Below are positions 1-11,766 of a stretch of 45,802 nt of DNA, piece after piece. The notes under the pieces were generated by a model that searched no databases, was not told the origin of the DNA, and worked only from the letters and a program-made list of their open reading frames with translations. Each line of letters begins with the position of its first letter. The first letter of the stretch is position 1. Source of the stretch: Dicyema japonicum (taxonomy: Eukaryota; Animalia; Dicyemida); contig RDEW01000008.1 of assembly GCA_011109175.1 (NCBI GenBank), forward strand, positions 971,558 through 1,017,359. Reading direction: 5' to 3'. A program made the translations under genes and the position numbers.

Positions 1-2284
1 TATCACACACGTGGATTCATCTCCTGTTCTTTGTGATAACTTGAATTTTCTTCAAGGGATGCAAAAATTTACAAACTTGACAGTTTCGAAGGCCTTTTCT
101 GATAATGTCATTCTTAACAGTAAAATGTCGTTGTCGACATTCATATTCGATTTTTATGACTCCTCCACGTGAACATTCGTGAAGGGTTTTGGTATATTTC
201 CCAAGGCGTTAAAATTTCATATTCCGAACTATCATTCACACAACTTTTGTAAAAAGCAACTAAAAAATGTAGCACGCTGGAAATCACGCAAGAATTTAGG
301 GTTGCCACCATAAAAATTGAATTCTGATAACCAAAGAAAGACGATATATGCCACTTCAAGGTCAAACCGTTTACGCGTAACCAGTTTCCCATGTGACATA
401 CACCTGAATGATCTCTGGGAGCTGCCGCTCTTGGATGTGACCTTCTCGTTAGCCACAAGTTTCTTTCACTCCAAAGGACCGAGGGTATTAAAATTTTAAG
501 GTAAGTGAGGTACTTAACGAAGTGGACTATTAAGATAAGGGAATAATTTTTAGGATTACAGGAGGAGATAGTGACTAATCAGGGTCAGCGACACTACCAA
601 GTCGATTCCCGGACGAGAGTGAAGTTCTTCCAGAACCTGCAGAAGGAAGTTAATAGTTAGCATCCAATTAAATGAGTTCGGTTCCCAAGGTCTCAGAAGC
701 AGAGACTTCCCATATTACACACAAGTCCATTCAGAACCAGCCCTTGCAGTTATATCACTCTACATATTAAATAGGAGAGACTTTTTCGTGCCACCCTATC
801 AATAGGCACAACCTAAGACAGGTGGGTCAAATGACAAAGCTCTAATAGAGCGAGGAAAGATAAGGAACGGAAGAAGGGAAAAAACTGACTATGTAACCAG
901 CGGGTGAGTCGAACTTAAAATCATCCGTCCATTTAGCTGTCTGTTCACGAAGTAAAATTGACAGGAAGATTTAAAATTGACAAAACCATTATTTCAGATT
1001 CCCAGCTCCTCTTCAGTAGAGTTTGTGGTAGATGGTAGAGCAGGAAATGCCGTTCTTCCTCACGATCTCCAAGGAATATCTGACGCTTTGATACAATTCA
1101 GATAAATGATAACAACCAACCTACAATTTCCTGTAATTTGTCTCATAAACCATCAATTCTTTCCTATTAGTGGTTTTCACCTTTAGAAGGAATCCTCTAC
1201 AACTTTTACTGGGATAACAAACGTCCTGGCGAATGGTTGTGACTATGAATCTTCTAAATTCTTCAGACTATCTTGGCTAGGAGCCGAGGTATGCAATAAA
1301 ATACGTTTAATGGCCATCGCGTAGTCCAGGCTCGATCTGTCAGAGACTTGATGTTGTACGGGCAACAATACTGTCCTCAACTGCTGATCATCAAACCTGT
1401 TTCCTTGTATATTTACCTTATTTTTATGTTTCAAGAGTGATTTTCGAGAATCATTAAAGTCGTAGATTTAGGATTGTCTAATAGAGAGCATAGTATCCTC
1501 AAAATAATTCATTATGACTTCCACGTAGTTTAAGACTCAAAACACTTCCACGTAGTTTGTCTTAAAATTCAACAAGAAAACTCTTGACTTTTTAATTTCA
1601 CTAGGGATTTATGGGATTGGCTTATCGCTTGTGAATGAGTGTCCAATGGGAAAGGATAGAGTGTCCTTATGCTGTTATGTAATAAATAAGTCCATTCCCC
1701 CACGAATGTAACTGGGCGCTTGAAGACCGCCAGCCTTTACTGGTTATTGAGGCTGGGGGTAATTAACGTACCTCAATTTCCTCAAAATTCCACATAGTTT
1801 CATGATGGATGAAAGCCATGTCTTCCTATTCGCGAGCATGGAAGAGGTTACTAATGCAGGAGACTTTGGAGATCCAAAATATGAACACAAAAGTATCGGA
1901 TTGAACCATCTGGTGGAGCTGACGACTCGATTATTCTGAAAGAGGAAAGATCAAAGATGAAGTGGATAGTCGGTAACTCTTAAAAGAAAAGAGTCTTAGA
2001 GTAGACAGAGAATTAAGGATCTATTCTCTTGGTACCTAACCTCGAATTTACTTCCGTGATCTCATTTTAATATTAATAAAAAATCAATTTTCCTTTCTTC
2101 TATCAAAGACCGCTACATGTGACCTCTAATATTCGCACTTTCCGAGGAGCCATATCAGTCATTGCTCCCCTCAGGCAGAACACACACTTAATTTTAAGCA
2201 AAGAACAATTATAATATCTACTCGAGGGAGGATCAGCGAATGCTCTTCACTTCTTTATTTTTTTTTCTAGGGTGTATGTCCTTA

Positions 2285-2452
2285 GCCGGGTGGCGCAGTG
2301 TGAAGGTTGCCGGGCAAGAGGCCTGAAGGTCGCTAGTTTGAATCCCGAAACTGCACATTATCGGTTGAAGTTCGACGCATCTATTTTATTTGGCTTGACG
2401 AGTGACGCCGTCATCAGTAAACTTCACTAAGGAACCGGATTGTCTATAAAGG
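2285..2452 (+). mobile_element. tRNA-derived SINE-like element
   Basis: GCCGGGTGGCGCAGTG (A-box-like) and GGTCGCTAGTTTGAATCCCG (B-box-like) without a complete cloverleaf. The tail GGCTTGACGAGTGACGCC...GGAACCGGATT recurs at about 10416-10452. A 16-bp direct repeat ACATGTGACCTCTAAT lies at 2115-2130 and 2453-2468. Confidence 0.5.
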
Positions 2453-2710
2453 ACATGTGACCTCTAATGGATTTATATCATAAAAATTGTTTTTACCTTA
2501 TTTTAGCTTCTATTTGTAAAACTTCCTTTTCTAAAAAATCGAATGCGAGGAGTGAAACTTACTATTTTATAATTTATTTTCCTTATTAACAACCCATTTT
2601 ATTTAAATAATAAATAATAATAATAAATAAATATTTTTTTATTTGTGATATTCAAAAGTTAACTTCTTGGATACTACAAAGGCTGTTTCTACTCGACATT
2701 GAGCCTCCCT

Positions 2711-3093
2711 TATACTAAATATATAAAACCGACAATCGGCTACTGCTGTGCGGCATGGGCACAAACCTATCCAATACGAACCTAGAGAAAATCAACGTCT
2801 TACAAGAAACAGTCACGAGGACCCTACAAAGGTTCTCCTTTTCATCACTAATGCCAACTCCCTTCGAGGAGCTTGTTAGGAGAACGGGAGTCCGACTGCC
2901 ATCTCCGAAATCCTGTAAAATGTCTCGTACGTACAGGAAGTTTCACATTGAACAGTCACGAGGACCCTACAAAGGTTCTCCTTTTCATCACTAATGTCAA
3001 CTCCGTTCGAGGAGCTTGTTAGGAGAACGGGAGTCCGACTGCCATCTCCGAAATCCTGTAAAATGTCTCGTACGTACAGGAAGTTTCACATTG
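2711..3093 (+). mobile_element. Decayed LINE (APE-type) fragment, region C-terminal to the RT core
   Basis: Translates as YTKYIKPTIGYCCAAW, then after a frameshift TNLSNTNLEKINVLQETVTR, matching the LY...RP.LEY...W.P.....+EK+Q pattern. 2808-2950 is duplicated at 2951-3093. Confidence 0.6.
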
Positions 3094-4710
3094 AAAGAAA
3101 CTTTCATCCAATCTTGAATGGCTTCAGGTATAGTACTTTTGAGAGAAGTATCTAATTTTGATCGGCATTTATAAATTGGAGTACTAAGGAGACACAATTT
3201 TTCACGACTATACTTGAATCTGGGTACTTGATGAAACCAACTTACCTTACATTTTCCATTCTTACGGGAAGAACTAAGATAAAGCTTTCATCCAAAGTGA
3301 AGTGGATATTCGGCGATAGTAGTACGTCACAACCTCACCTGCTTACCAATTAACCTAATTGGCCGTTAAAATAATAAACAAAAAACATTTTGCTTCAGAT
3401 GCTGAACAGTATATGTGCTTTTGAGAGAACGGGTTGATTTTGAAATCCAAGTCTCATTTTGATCGGTTTATGAATGCTAAATAATACTACATAAGAGGGG
3501 TGCAAGTGTGCCGCGTATAGAAACTACAAAGAATAAGTTGAAATCAATTATTCTTTGATCGAACTTGAGAGAACGGGTTGATTTTGAAATCCAAGTCTCA
3601 TTTTGATCGGTTTATGAATGCTAAATAATACTACATAAGAGGGGTGCAAGTGTGCCGCGTATAGAAAATACAAAGAATAAGTTGAAATCAATTATTCTTT
3701 GATCGAACTCCTCGGTTTCAACGCTGGGATAAGAAAAGATCCGACAAGATGACTATTTTTTAATTTTTTCCATGAAAAATATGATGTCTCGACTCATTCA
3801 CTGCTACTTCAAAATATCTACTGTGCTGAACAGGGGTAACTAAAGATTACACGTCGTCCAATCGGCCGAGAATCTCGGAGCTGTTGTGAAAATAGGTAAA
3901 CGGGTTGGCAAAGAAATTAGCAATTGCGTNNNNNNNNNNNNNNNNNNNNNNNNNNNNNNNNNNNNNNAATTTTTTCCATGAAAGATCCATCGCGTCGAAT
4001 ATGATGTCTCGACTCATTCACTGCTACTTCAAAATATCTACTGTGCTGAACAGGGGTAACTAAAGATTACACGTCGTCCAATCGGCCGAGAATCTCGGAG
4101 CTGTTGTGAAAATAGGTAAACGGGTTGGCAAAGAAATTAGCAATTGCGTAACGACTTATGATTTACATGGGGTGTCGTTACTTAACTTTGACAAAATGAA
4201 AATCAATTTATTTAAAAAATATTTTATTTAACAATAAAATATTATTTATTAACTATGGGGGAGAACGGCTGCTGACATTGCGGAGTAAGCGTTTCCGCAG
4301 ACAACTGCGAACCAAATTCGTTGGCTCGGCCAGACTGCTTCCCGCAGGTAGAGACATACAGTAGACACTACAACCCAAGGTGACTCATCCTAATTCTTGT
4401 GATCAGTCAATTGATAAATAAATTTTAATCTGAAAGTCCTTAAAGCTGCAGACAACTGCGATCCAAATTCGTTGGCTCGGCCAGACTGCTTCCCGCAGGT
4501 AGAAACATACAGTAGACACTACAACCCAAGGTGACTCATCCTAATTCTTGTGATCAGTCAATTGATAAATAAATTTTAATCTGAAAGTCCTTAAAGCGCA
4601 AATAAATTACGAAACTCCCATTTCGACTCATAATCTCACTTTGATCGAATCTGCTAACACTATGATCAAATTTTCCACAAAACAAAGGGAAATTTATTTC
4701 AATAAAAACA

Positions 4711-6981
4711 TTAATTGTTAATAAGCTTAACAGCATTCATCAGACAATTCAAGTACTCTATCAACTCCAACATCTCCTTTCTACTGTCCGTCGCCATAAG
4801 ACACCTCTTTACTTCACTCCCTTCCTTCAATTCCACTTCCATGCTAAATGACCGCCCACAATCATCACACTCTCTCGCTCTCCCACACAGCGCCGTCACC
4901 AGATCTACTCGCTTCAGGGGCACCTAAGCTCACTCATGTGACATACCCGCCCTTCCCTCTCCTCCTCCGGGTACTTCCACGCCTTCAGCACTCCTCCACT
5001 GAACAGACACCACCGTCGCTGCCAACAATCCTCACGGAAAGTCTAACATAATCACCACTGAATACCAGAAAACACCTAATCACAATATGGGAGTCAATTC
5101 TACAACACAAGTTCATTCGAACGAATCCACTGAGAACACACGAGTTCGGGACACCCACCAGATTAATTCCCTTTTTCCCATTGTCGCGTGCACACAACAC
5201 TTCAGAGGTCAAAGAAACGAAAGACTTGCCTACAACCGTAGATTTTCCCTTCGATCTCTCTAAAATCAACAAATCTCCTACTCAGCAATTTCCTGGGTGT
5301 GTTAGCCAACTTTAGAAGGAATTTTCCGACTCCTTGGTGGTTGATGGGCAAAGGTAAGTAATGAACTTGCAGGAATACAGAAAAATCTGTTGGTAGACCA
5401 GAAAGTTCAAAGCCCTCAGGGAAATCCACCCACCCATGGCCCATAAAATCCACCAAAGACCTCAGTTCAGTGGTCAGTACTTTGGTTCCGCACTGTAGGG
5501 TCACCACAAAATAATGACATTCGTCTGAAATGTTACCACAAGAAAACCAGCGTAATTTTCGTATAAAAAAGGCCGCTTTAAATTCAGACGCAAGTCAGTG
5601 AGTTTCAAAGAAAAGGTTATAGACTTATTCGAATTTGAGCCACAACATGGGTCAGTCATATGAAAGTTCTGGTAGAGTGAGGACACTCTATTGCGAAAAA
5701 GACCTATCTTTCGTTGATTTATCATAGATTTCCCTCCTAATCGGTCCAACTCTGTCAAAATAACAGTTCTTCTCATTTCTAGAATAAAAATGTGCTCAAA
5801 CTGGAAATAAGCAGGAGTTTGTGGCACTCAGCATTAAGTTGCGATTGAAGGAAATCTTGTGAGTCCGAATACGTTTCCATGACTTTGCAGACCTGCTGAA
5901 TTACAGTCTCTGCTTCTATAAGGGACTGTCTGAGATCAGATTCAGTCGGATCTACGTCCTGGAGTAGGCACTGAGAGCTGCATTGTTGTAAATCTGGGTT
6001 TTAGCGCGTGTTACCTCTGATTAAGTCTATCGAAGTTGGGAACAAAGGATGCAAGGTAGAATTGATGGCAGTAGACATCCGGGGGAGATCTGTCATGTTG
6101 AATTGCACCAAATCAGGGGAGATTGATACTGTTGTAGGAATCAGTGACTTTGATTTGACTTTTTTTTGTTGATTAGGAGTCTTGTCACTTGGGAGAGTGT
6201 CCGCCTCAAATTTTGGGTCGCTTTGGTTAAAATCATCCTTTTGGGGGGTTTTAAATATTTTAGTAAGCTGTCTACCAAATTTAAATTTGAGCGAGCTTTT
6301 TTGATCGTTTTTGTCATCCATCGTATTTGTATTTTCGTATATATTTGACTGTTGTCTATGAAATTCAAATTTAGGCGGGCTTTTTCGGTCAAATTCGGTC
6401 TCTTGTGGAACGATTTCTTCTAAACCAGACATTTCCCCATAACAGTACACATCTGACTCAATCATAACACTATCATGTTCAATTTCACAAGTTCCAAGCT
6501 CACTGATCTCAGTATTGACAACTTCTGACCCTCGTAGTTCTTCATCTCTACTGTGTATCGAACAATTATCCCCGTCTGTCCCATGTTTGTAACTATTATT
6601 CAATACAGTGACTCTATATTCAAGTTTATTCGGAGTGACATTTTGAGATGCTCTCTGTTCTATTTTCTTAACCAAATCTGCCACATGCCCTTTCTGAGGT
6701 GGAAGGTCATCGCTGCATGGGGACTTGAAAGTAACGGTCTCGAGTGTGGCAGGCTCTTTCAATAACTGAGGTCTTCTTTGAGGTACGGTTACAAACTTAT
6801 GACAATCTGGTGTTGGAATGGGAGATTTCTTTATCACTTTTTTGTTATCTTCTTGGCATTGTCCATTTCGGAATGATTCTTCCTCAAACATCTTTATTGT
6901 GTCAGATAGGCACTTCAGTCTCTCTTTTCTCTTGGAAATAATTTCTTTATATTTGTTTATCTCGACGTTGGAATCGCCCAT
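4711..6981 (-). CDS. ANLN: Anillin-like protein (low-complexity N-terminus, anillin-homology RBD/C2 region, C-terminal PH domain), about 711 aa
   Basis: Six GT-AG introns (5994-6014, 5779-5801, 5525-5547, 5260-5281, 5043-5065, 4924-4946; 21-23 nt) join the track ORFs into 2136 nt in frame. Motifs: LLISKMRRTVILTELDRL, ECHYFVVTLQCG, FELSGLPTDFSVFLQV, FLTFREDCWQRRWCLFSGGVLKAWKYPEEE, LMATDSRKEMLELIEYLN. A rhotekin-type paralog is not formally excluded. Confidence 0.85.
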
Positions 6982-7182
6982 ACACAAGAACAACTTTAAT
7001 CCGCGCAATTTATTAGATTTCTTATTTTTTTAAATTATTTTTTATTAAATTATTTGAGTCAATATTATTTAAATAATGATTTTTTATAATATGACTTTTG
7101 GGTCTGACTTTCGATACGCACATGAACTTTTCGAGACATGTCTGAAATGCCTAACAGGTCTATGGAAAATTGGACATCACCC

Positions 7183-7300
7183 TATACTTAAAACGCTCTA
7201 CTCACAGTACATCGAACCATGCATTTCATATGTTTGTACTTCATGGGGACCACTGGCCTCTTATACAAACATTCAGAAAATCTCCCAACCCAAAAAAGGG
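7183..7300 (+). mobile_element. Decayed LINE fragment (post-RT region)
   Basis: ILKTLYSQYIEPCISYVCTSWGP, the same motif class as the 2711 and 37923 fragments. Confidence 0.55.
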
Positions 7301-7607
7301 CCTTCAAGCTAACGGAGAGATGGTACACAGGGGAAAATATTAAATCACCGACGCCCGTGGAGAAACTAATCGAAAAAAACAAGAATGGACACCAATGCCA
7401 AAAAGAAAGTGCTCGTCCACAACGTACTTGTGTAGGCTCAAGGAATCAACACCGAGAAAAGATGAGAGCCTTGATCTAATTCGTCGGGATCACTTAGTTT
7501 AGTATTTTTCGGTTTAACAGTGGTCTTTGGAATTGAATTAATTAATTAATGCTGAAGCATCAGTCCAACATGAGGTAGAAATCAGCCTTCATAGTGACAT
7601 TATTACA

Positions 7608-9010
7608 ATGAAAACACATCAACGAATACTGGGAGTGATCCTGGACCTCTTGCTCTCTTTATCCCAACAAGTGAAGGACGGCATTCAGAAACTTAACGTC
7701 ATCAAAACATTTCTGCACTACAAGACCCAGCCGTCACAAGAATGCGTTGCCGTCTTGTACTACCAGCTTTTAAAGCCGACGCTGGAGTGCCAATTCTCTG
7801 CTCAACTATTCNNNNNNNNNNNNNNNNNNNNNNNNNNNNNNNNNNNNNNNNNNNNNNNNNNNNNNNNNNNNNNNNNNNNNNNNNNNNNNNNNNNNNNNNN
7901 NNNNNNNNNNNNNNNNNNNNNNNNNNNNNNNNNNNNNNNNNNNNNNNNNNNNNNNNNNNNNNNNNNNNNNNNNNNNNNNNNNNNNNNNNNNNNNNNNNNN
8001 NNNNNNNNNNNNNNNNNNNNNNNNNNNNNNNNNNNNNNNNNNNNNNNNNNNNNNNNNNNNNNNNNNNNNNNNNNNNNNNNNNNNNNNNNNNNNNNNNNNN
8101 NNNNNNNNNNNNNNNNNNNNNNNNNNNNNNNNNNNNNNNNNNNNNNNNNNNNNNNNNNNNNNNNNNNNNNNNNNNNNNNNNNNNNNNNNNNNNNNNNNNN
8201 NNNNNNNNNNNNNNNNNNNNNNNNNNNNNNNNNNNNNNNNNNNNNNNNNNNNNNNNNNNNNNNNNNNNNNNNNNNNNNNNNNNNNNNNNNNNNNNNNNNN
8301 NNNNNNNNNNNNNNNNNNNNNNNNNNNNNNNNNNNNNNNNNNNNNNNNNNNNNNNNNNNNNNNNNNNNNNNNNNNNNNNNNNNNNNNNNNNNNNNNNNNN
8401 NNNNNNNNNNNNNNNNNNNNNNNNNNNNNNNNNNNNNNNNNNNNNNNNNNNNNNNNNNNNNNNNNNNNNNNNNNNNNNNNNNNNNNNNNNNNNNNNNNNN
8501 NNNNNNNNNNNNNNNNNNNNNNNNNNNNNNNNNNNNNNNNNNNNNNNNNNNNNNNNNNNNNNNNNNNNNNNNNNNNNNNNNNNNNNNNNNNNNNNNNNNN
8601 NNNNNNNNNNNNNNNNNNNNNNNNNNNNNNNNNNNNNNNNNNNNNNNNNNNNNNNNNNNNNNNNNNNNNNNNNNNNNNNNNNNNNNNNNNNNNNNNNNNN
8701 NNNNNNNNNNNNNNNNNNNNNNNNNNNNNNNNNNNNNNNNNNNNNNNNNNNNNNNNNNNNNNNNNNNNNNNNNNNNNTACAATGAAAACACATCAACGAA
8801 TACTGGGAGTGATCCTGGACCTCTTGCTCTCTTTATCCCAACACGTGAAGGACGGCATTCAGAAACTTAACGTCATCAAAACATTTCTGCACTACAAGAC
8901 CCAGCCGTCACAAGAATGCGTTGCCGTCTTGTACTACCAGCTTTTAAAGCCGACGCTGGAGTGCCAATTCTCTGCTCAACTATTCTCCCTTTACTCTAAA
9001 ACGCTACAAT
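7608..9010 (+). mobile_element. Decayed LINE RT C-terminal fragment, duplicated across an N gap
   Basis: ILGVILDLLLSLSQHVKDGIQKLNVIK...LYYQLLKPTLE matches the LGV.LD..L.F..H...LY...+P.LE pattern. 7605-7811 is repeated from 8778 after the gap at 7812-8777. Confidence 0.6.
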
Positions 9011-9754
9011 CCGGAACAATCGTTCTCTGCACTTCGGTATTCAATCGCTTCTATCAATCAGCGATACAAGCCACCGATACACGTAAATTGGAAATTCTCA
9101 TAAAAGAGGAACGTTGTAGATTCAGAATAGTTGTGGATATTAGAGGAGCATAGCAGAAAGCAATCGATCCTGTTGAAGTCTACCGGGATGACTCAATCAG
9201 ATGATTTAACTCTTTTTTCTTGGTGTTCCTTTTATTGGGGTCATATAATAATATGAGGTCTCTGTAGGAGCATGTCTGGATCACGTGAGTATTAGATTAA
9301 CTCGTACGCAACCAAAAGAAAAATAGAAGTGGAAAAAAGTCTCAATGCTTAGACCCACTTCATTAGTTAGCATCTCCTAAATTAAAAGTGTGCGTCCTTC
9401 CCATGTGGACGCTAGTAGCAACCATCACTGCACCCATAAGGGTTTTGATCAATGTTAAACTACCAAAGAATACGCCATACATTATGATATTAAATGGAGA
9501 TACTAATCCACCAATTATAACATAATCCTATTTTATTACTTTTTTGAAATTCAATCCTCGATAAAATATAACTGTGTCTCCATGGGCAAGATTCTTGTGG
9601 GCTCACTTCGCTATCATTCCGCTATTATTTTAATTCACACGGTAAAGACTTTCTTCTAAGATAAATTTAAAAAGTCTTCTGGATCCCATAACTCCCAGCT
9701 ATGCCACGTATTGAGTGACCAACGTGAATTCTAAATTTTATAACAGAAATAGAT

Positions 9755-10345
9755 TTGTACTATCAATAACCTTTTTTGCTTAGACTTCTAAGGGGTCGAG
9801 TCCCCAGTTCTAGTCATTAGTTTCTAGGGAGAACAAAACCACATCCTAGTGATAGCTGTGTATTACCGATTACCCTCTTTGCTAAAATATCTCGTAAGAG
9901 TGTAGCTAGCTTGATCCACCACTTATGGAAGGGGATNTTGTACCATCAATAACCTTTTTTGCTTAGACTTCTAAGGGGTCAGTCCCCAGTTCTAGTCATT
10001 AGTTTCTGGGGAGAACAAAACCACATCCTAGTGATAGCTGTGTACTACCGATTACCCTCTTTGCTAAAATATCTCGTAAGAGTCAAGTAGCTAGCTCGAT
10101 CCACCACTTATGGAAGGGGATGAAACCACATACCAGCGTTAGCCCTAAAATTACTATCTTTGGACTTCTAAGAGAATCAAGTTGCCAGCTTAACTCACCA
10201 GCTTCCGAGAACGATGAAACCTCATTCTAGTGGTAACTGTGTACTACCAATAGCCCTCTTTGTCTAGACACCTTAAAGGTGAATAAAGTCGTAGGCCAAC
10301 CTATCAGCTTCTGGCAGGATAAAACCACATCATAGTGGTTTTATC
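9755..10345. repeat. Degenerate tandem repeat of about 100 bp (about 4 unique units plus an allelic duplicate across the N at 9937)
   Basis: Recurrent core AAACCACAT(C)(C/A)TAGTG(A/G)TA(G/A)CTGTGTACTACC..T..CCCTCTTTG at about 9837, 10018, 10124, 10217 and 10322. Confidence 0.6.
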
Positions 10346-11078
10346 AGTGGCAGATACTTCCCGGTTAGAATCTCGCTGGTGCTCATTCCAGTGCCACACA
10401 GTTGCAATGCCTTTCGGCTGACGAGTGACGCCTCAAAACGGAACCGGATTATCTAGGGGGTTTATACACACCAAGAGAGGAAAAAGTAAACTTTTAGTTA
10501 GCATAAGTGTTCTTTACTCAAAAAATAATGTTTGCCCTTCACATACGGAGCTATAAGTATCTTCCCGTGAAAGTTATTGAATCCTCACATAAATGACCTT
10601 GACAAACTCAAGAGTAACTTCAAATTCTCTAATATCCCTTATTCGGCGAAAATGTGGCACGCACGTGCATGCTGAGACTTCTGCTTATTCACTATAACTA
10701 TGAGAGTATAATCTTAAATGCTTCGCTTAACTACCACAAACCTCTCCTACCTTTTCTATTTTACGACTTTGTCAACCCAAGATATTGATTCCATAATAAA
10801 CGGCAGTAGCAGCTAAAAGAAACTGAAATTGCTGTAAAAAGCTGACAGTATTGACATTACCCAAGATACAAGGAGACCAAGATCATTACAGTAACTTTGC
10901 TAACATGAACGTTGTTTAAAGATTACGTGGTAAATTCTATTAATTCACTAAACAGACACAGGCAGTGAAAGTACCACTACCAATGAGATGATCCCGATTT
11001 TAATAAGCCATATAACTTTTCCGTGTGTGCGAGCCACATGAAGCTCTTTCTTAAATTATAAAATTAAATTAAAATTAT

Positions 11079-11210
11079 TTCCAAAGACCAAGGGTAACCA
11101 AACTAAATAAATCCTCGATCCTGACTCGTTTCAGCATTCTAGAACTTGTCATCAGGTAACGACGTTGTCTCCGGGGAAGAATTGTTGGATCCTCTTGATG
11201 CCGGCCATGC
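11079..11210 (+). repeat. Dispersed repeat family X, copy
   Basis: Shares TTCCAAAGACCAAG, GATCCTGACTC and TTGTCTCCGGGGAAGAA..TTGGATCCTCTTGATGCCGGC with 31925-32055. Confidence 0.7.
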
Positions 11211-11345
11211 ATTGTTGTGATTTTGAAAATTAGATTCTCACAGAAGACAAGGAATCTGGGATTAATTATATAAAATTTATATTTCTAATAATAATAATTA
11301 AAATTTAAAATATTAAACTTAGATCGTTCTTTTTTGTGGGAGGTG

Positions 11346-11766
11346 ATGATGTTTGTTATGTGACTAATTTTCGTTTAGTGACAAATCAATTCCGTTGAGA
11401 GATAGGCCAAGGTCGATGCTGACTGAGGAGGAGATAGCTGAACTGGAGAAGGAAGAATTTGAAGTCGGTCCTCTGAGTCTTCTTACTCAGGCAGTCCGCC
11501 AGAACAAACAAGTCTTAATAAGCTGCCGAAACAACAAGAAACTGTTAGCCAGAGTGAAGGCATTTGACAGGTTAGCCATTCTTTGGTCATTCAGGCACTG
11601 TAATATGGTTTTGGAGAACGTGAGGGAAATGTGGACTGAAATGCCTAAAACAGTTGCGAAAGGACAGAAAGCGAAGCCGACAAATAAGGACAGATACATT
11701 TCTAAGATGTTTCTGAGGGGCGATAACGTCATTGTGGTTCTCAGCAATCCTGCTGCTTCTTTGTGA
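11346..11766 (+). CDS. SNRPD2: Small nuclear ribonucleoprotein Sm-D2, about 122 aa
   Basis: [15 protein letters not shown]...[16 protein letters not shown]|[15 protein letters not shown]...[18 protein letters not shown] is canonical SmD2. The 24-nt intron 11571-11594 removes the LAILWSFR insert. The start at 11346 with a 28-nt intron (11351-11378) is less certain. Confidence 0.93.

Noticed and set aside
1450-1490. Protein-kinase DFG-like motif IKVVDLGLS
   Set aside because: No HRD, VAIK or APE motifs in the correct order nearby.
2394-2445. Hammerhead ribozyme in the SINE tail (TGACGAG...GGAAC; also near 10416)
   Set aside because: The core would need CUGANGA...GAAA plus stems I and III; GAAA is absent and I could not form the flanking stems.
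2808-4596. Adjacent 143-151 bp duplications as a biological tandem-duplication mechanism
   Set aside because: Read-length scale, allele-like differences, and the equivalent duplicate that breaks the phosphatase frame all point to assembly artefacts.
6001-7008. Stand-alone 335-aa ORF
   Set aside because: Its stop lies inside a 21-nt intron (5994-6014); it is exon 1 of the anillin-like gene.
7608-8870. Long ORFs of 329-420 aa in the track (also 36930-37446)
   Set aside because: They consist of X residues from N gaps (7812-8777, 36948-37402).
9370-11040. Membrane-transporter-like hydrophobic stretches on the minus strand (also near 33480-33580)
   Set aside because: Short, interrupted by stops, and no family motif strong enough to name.
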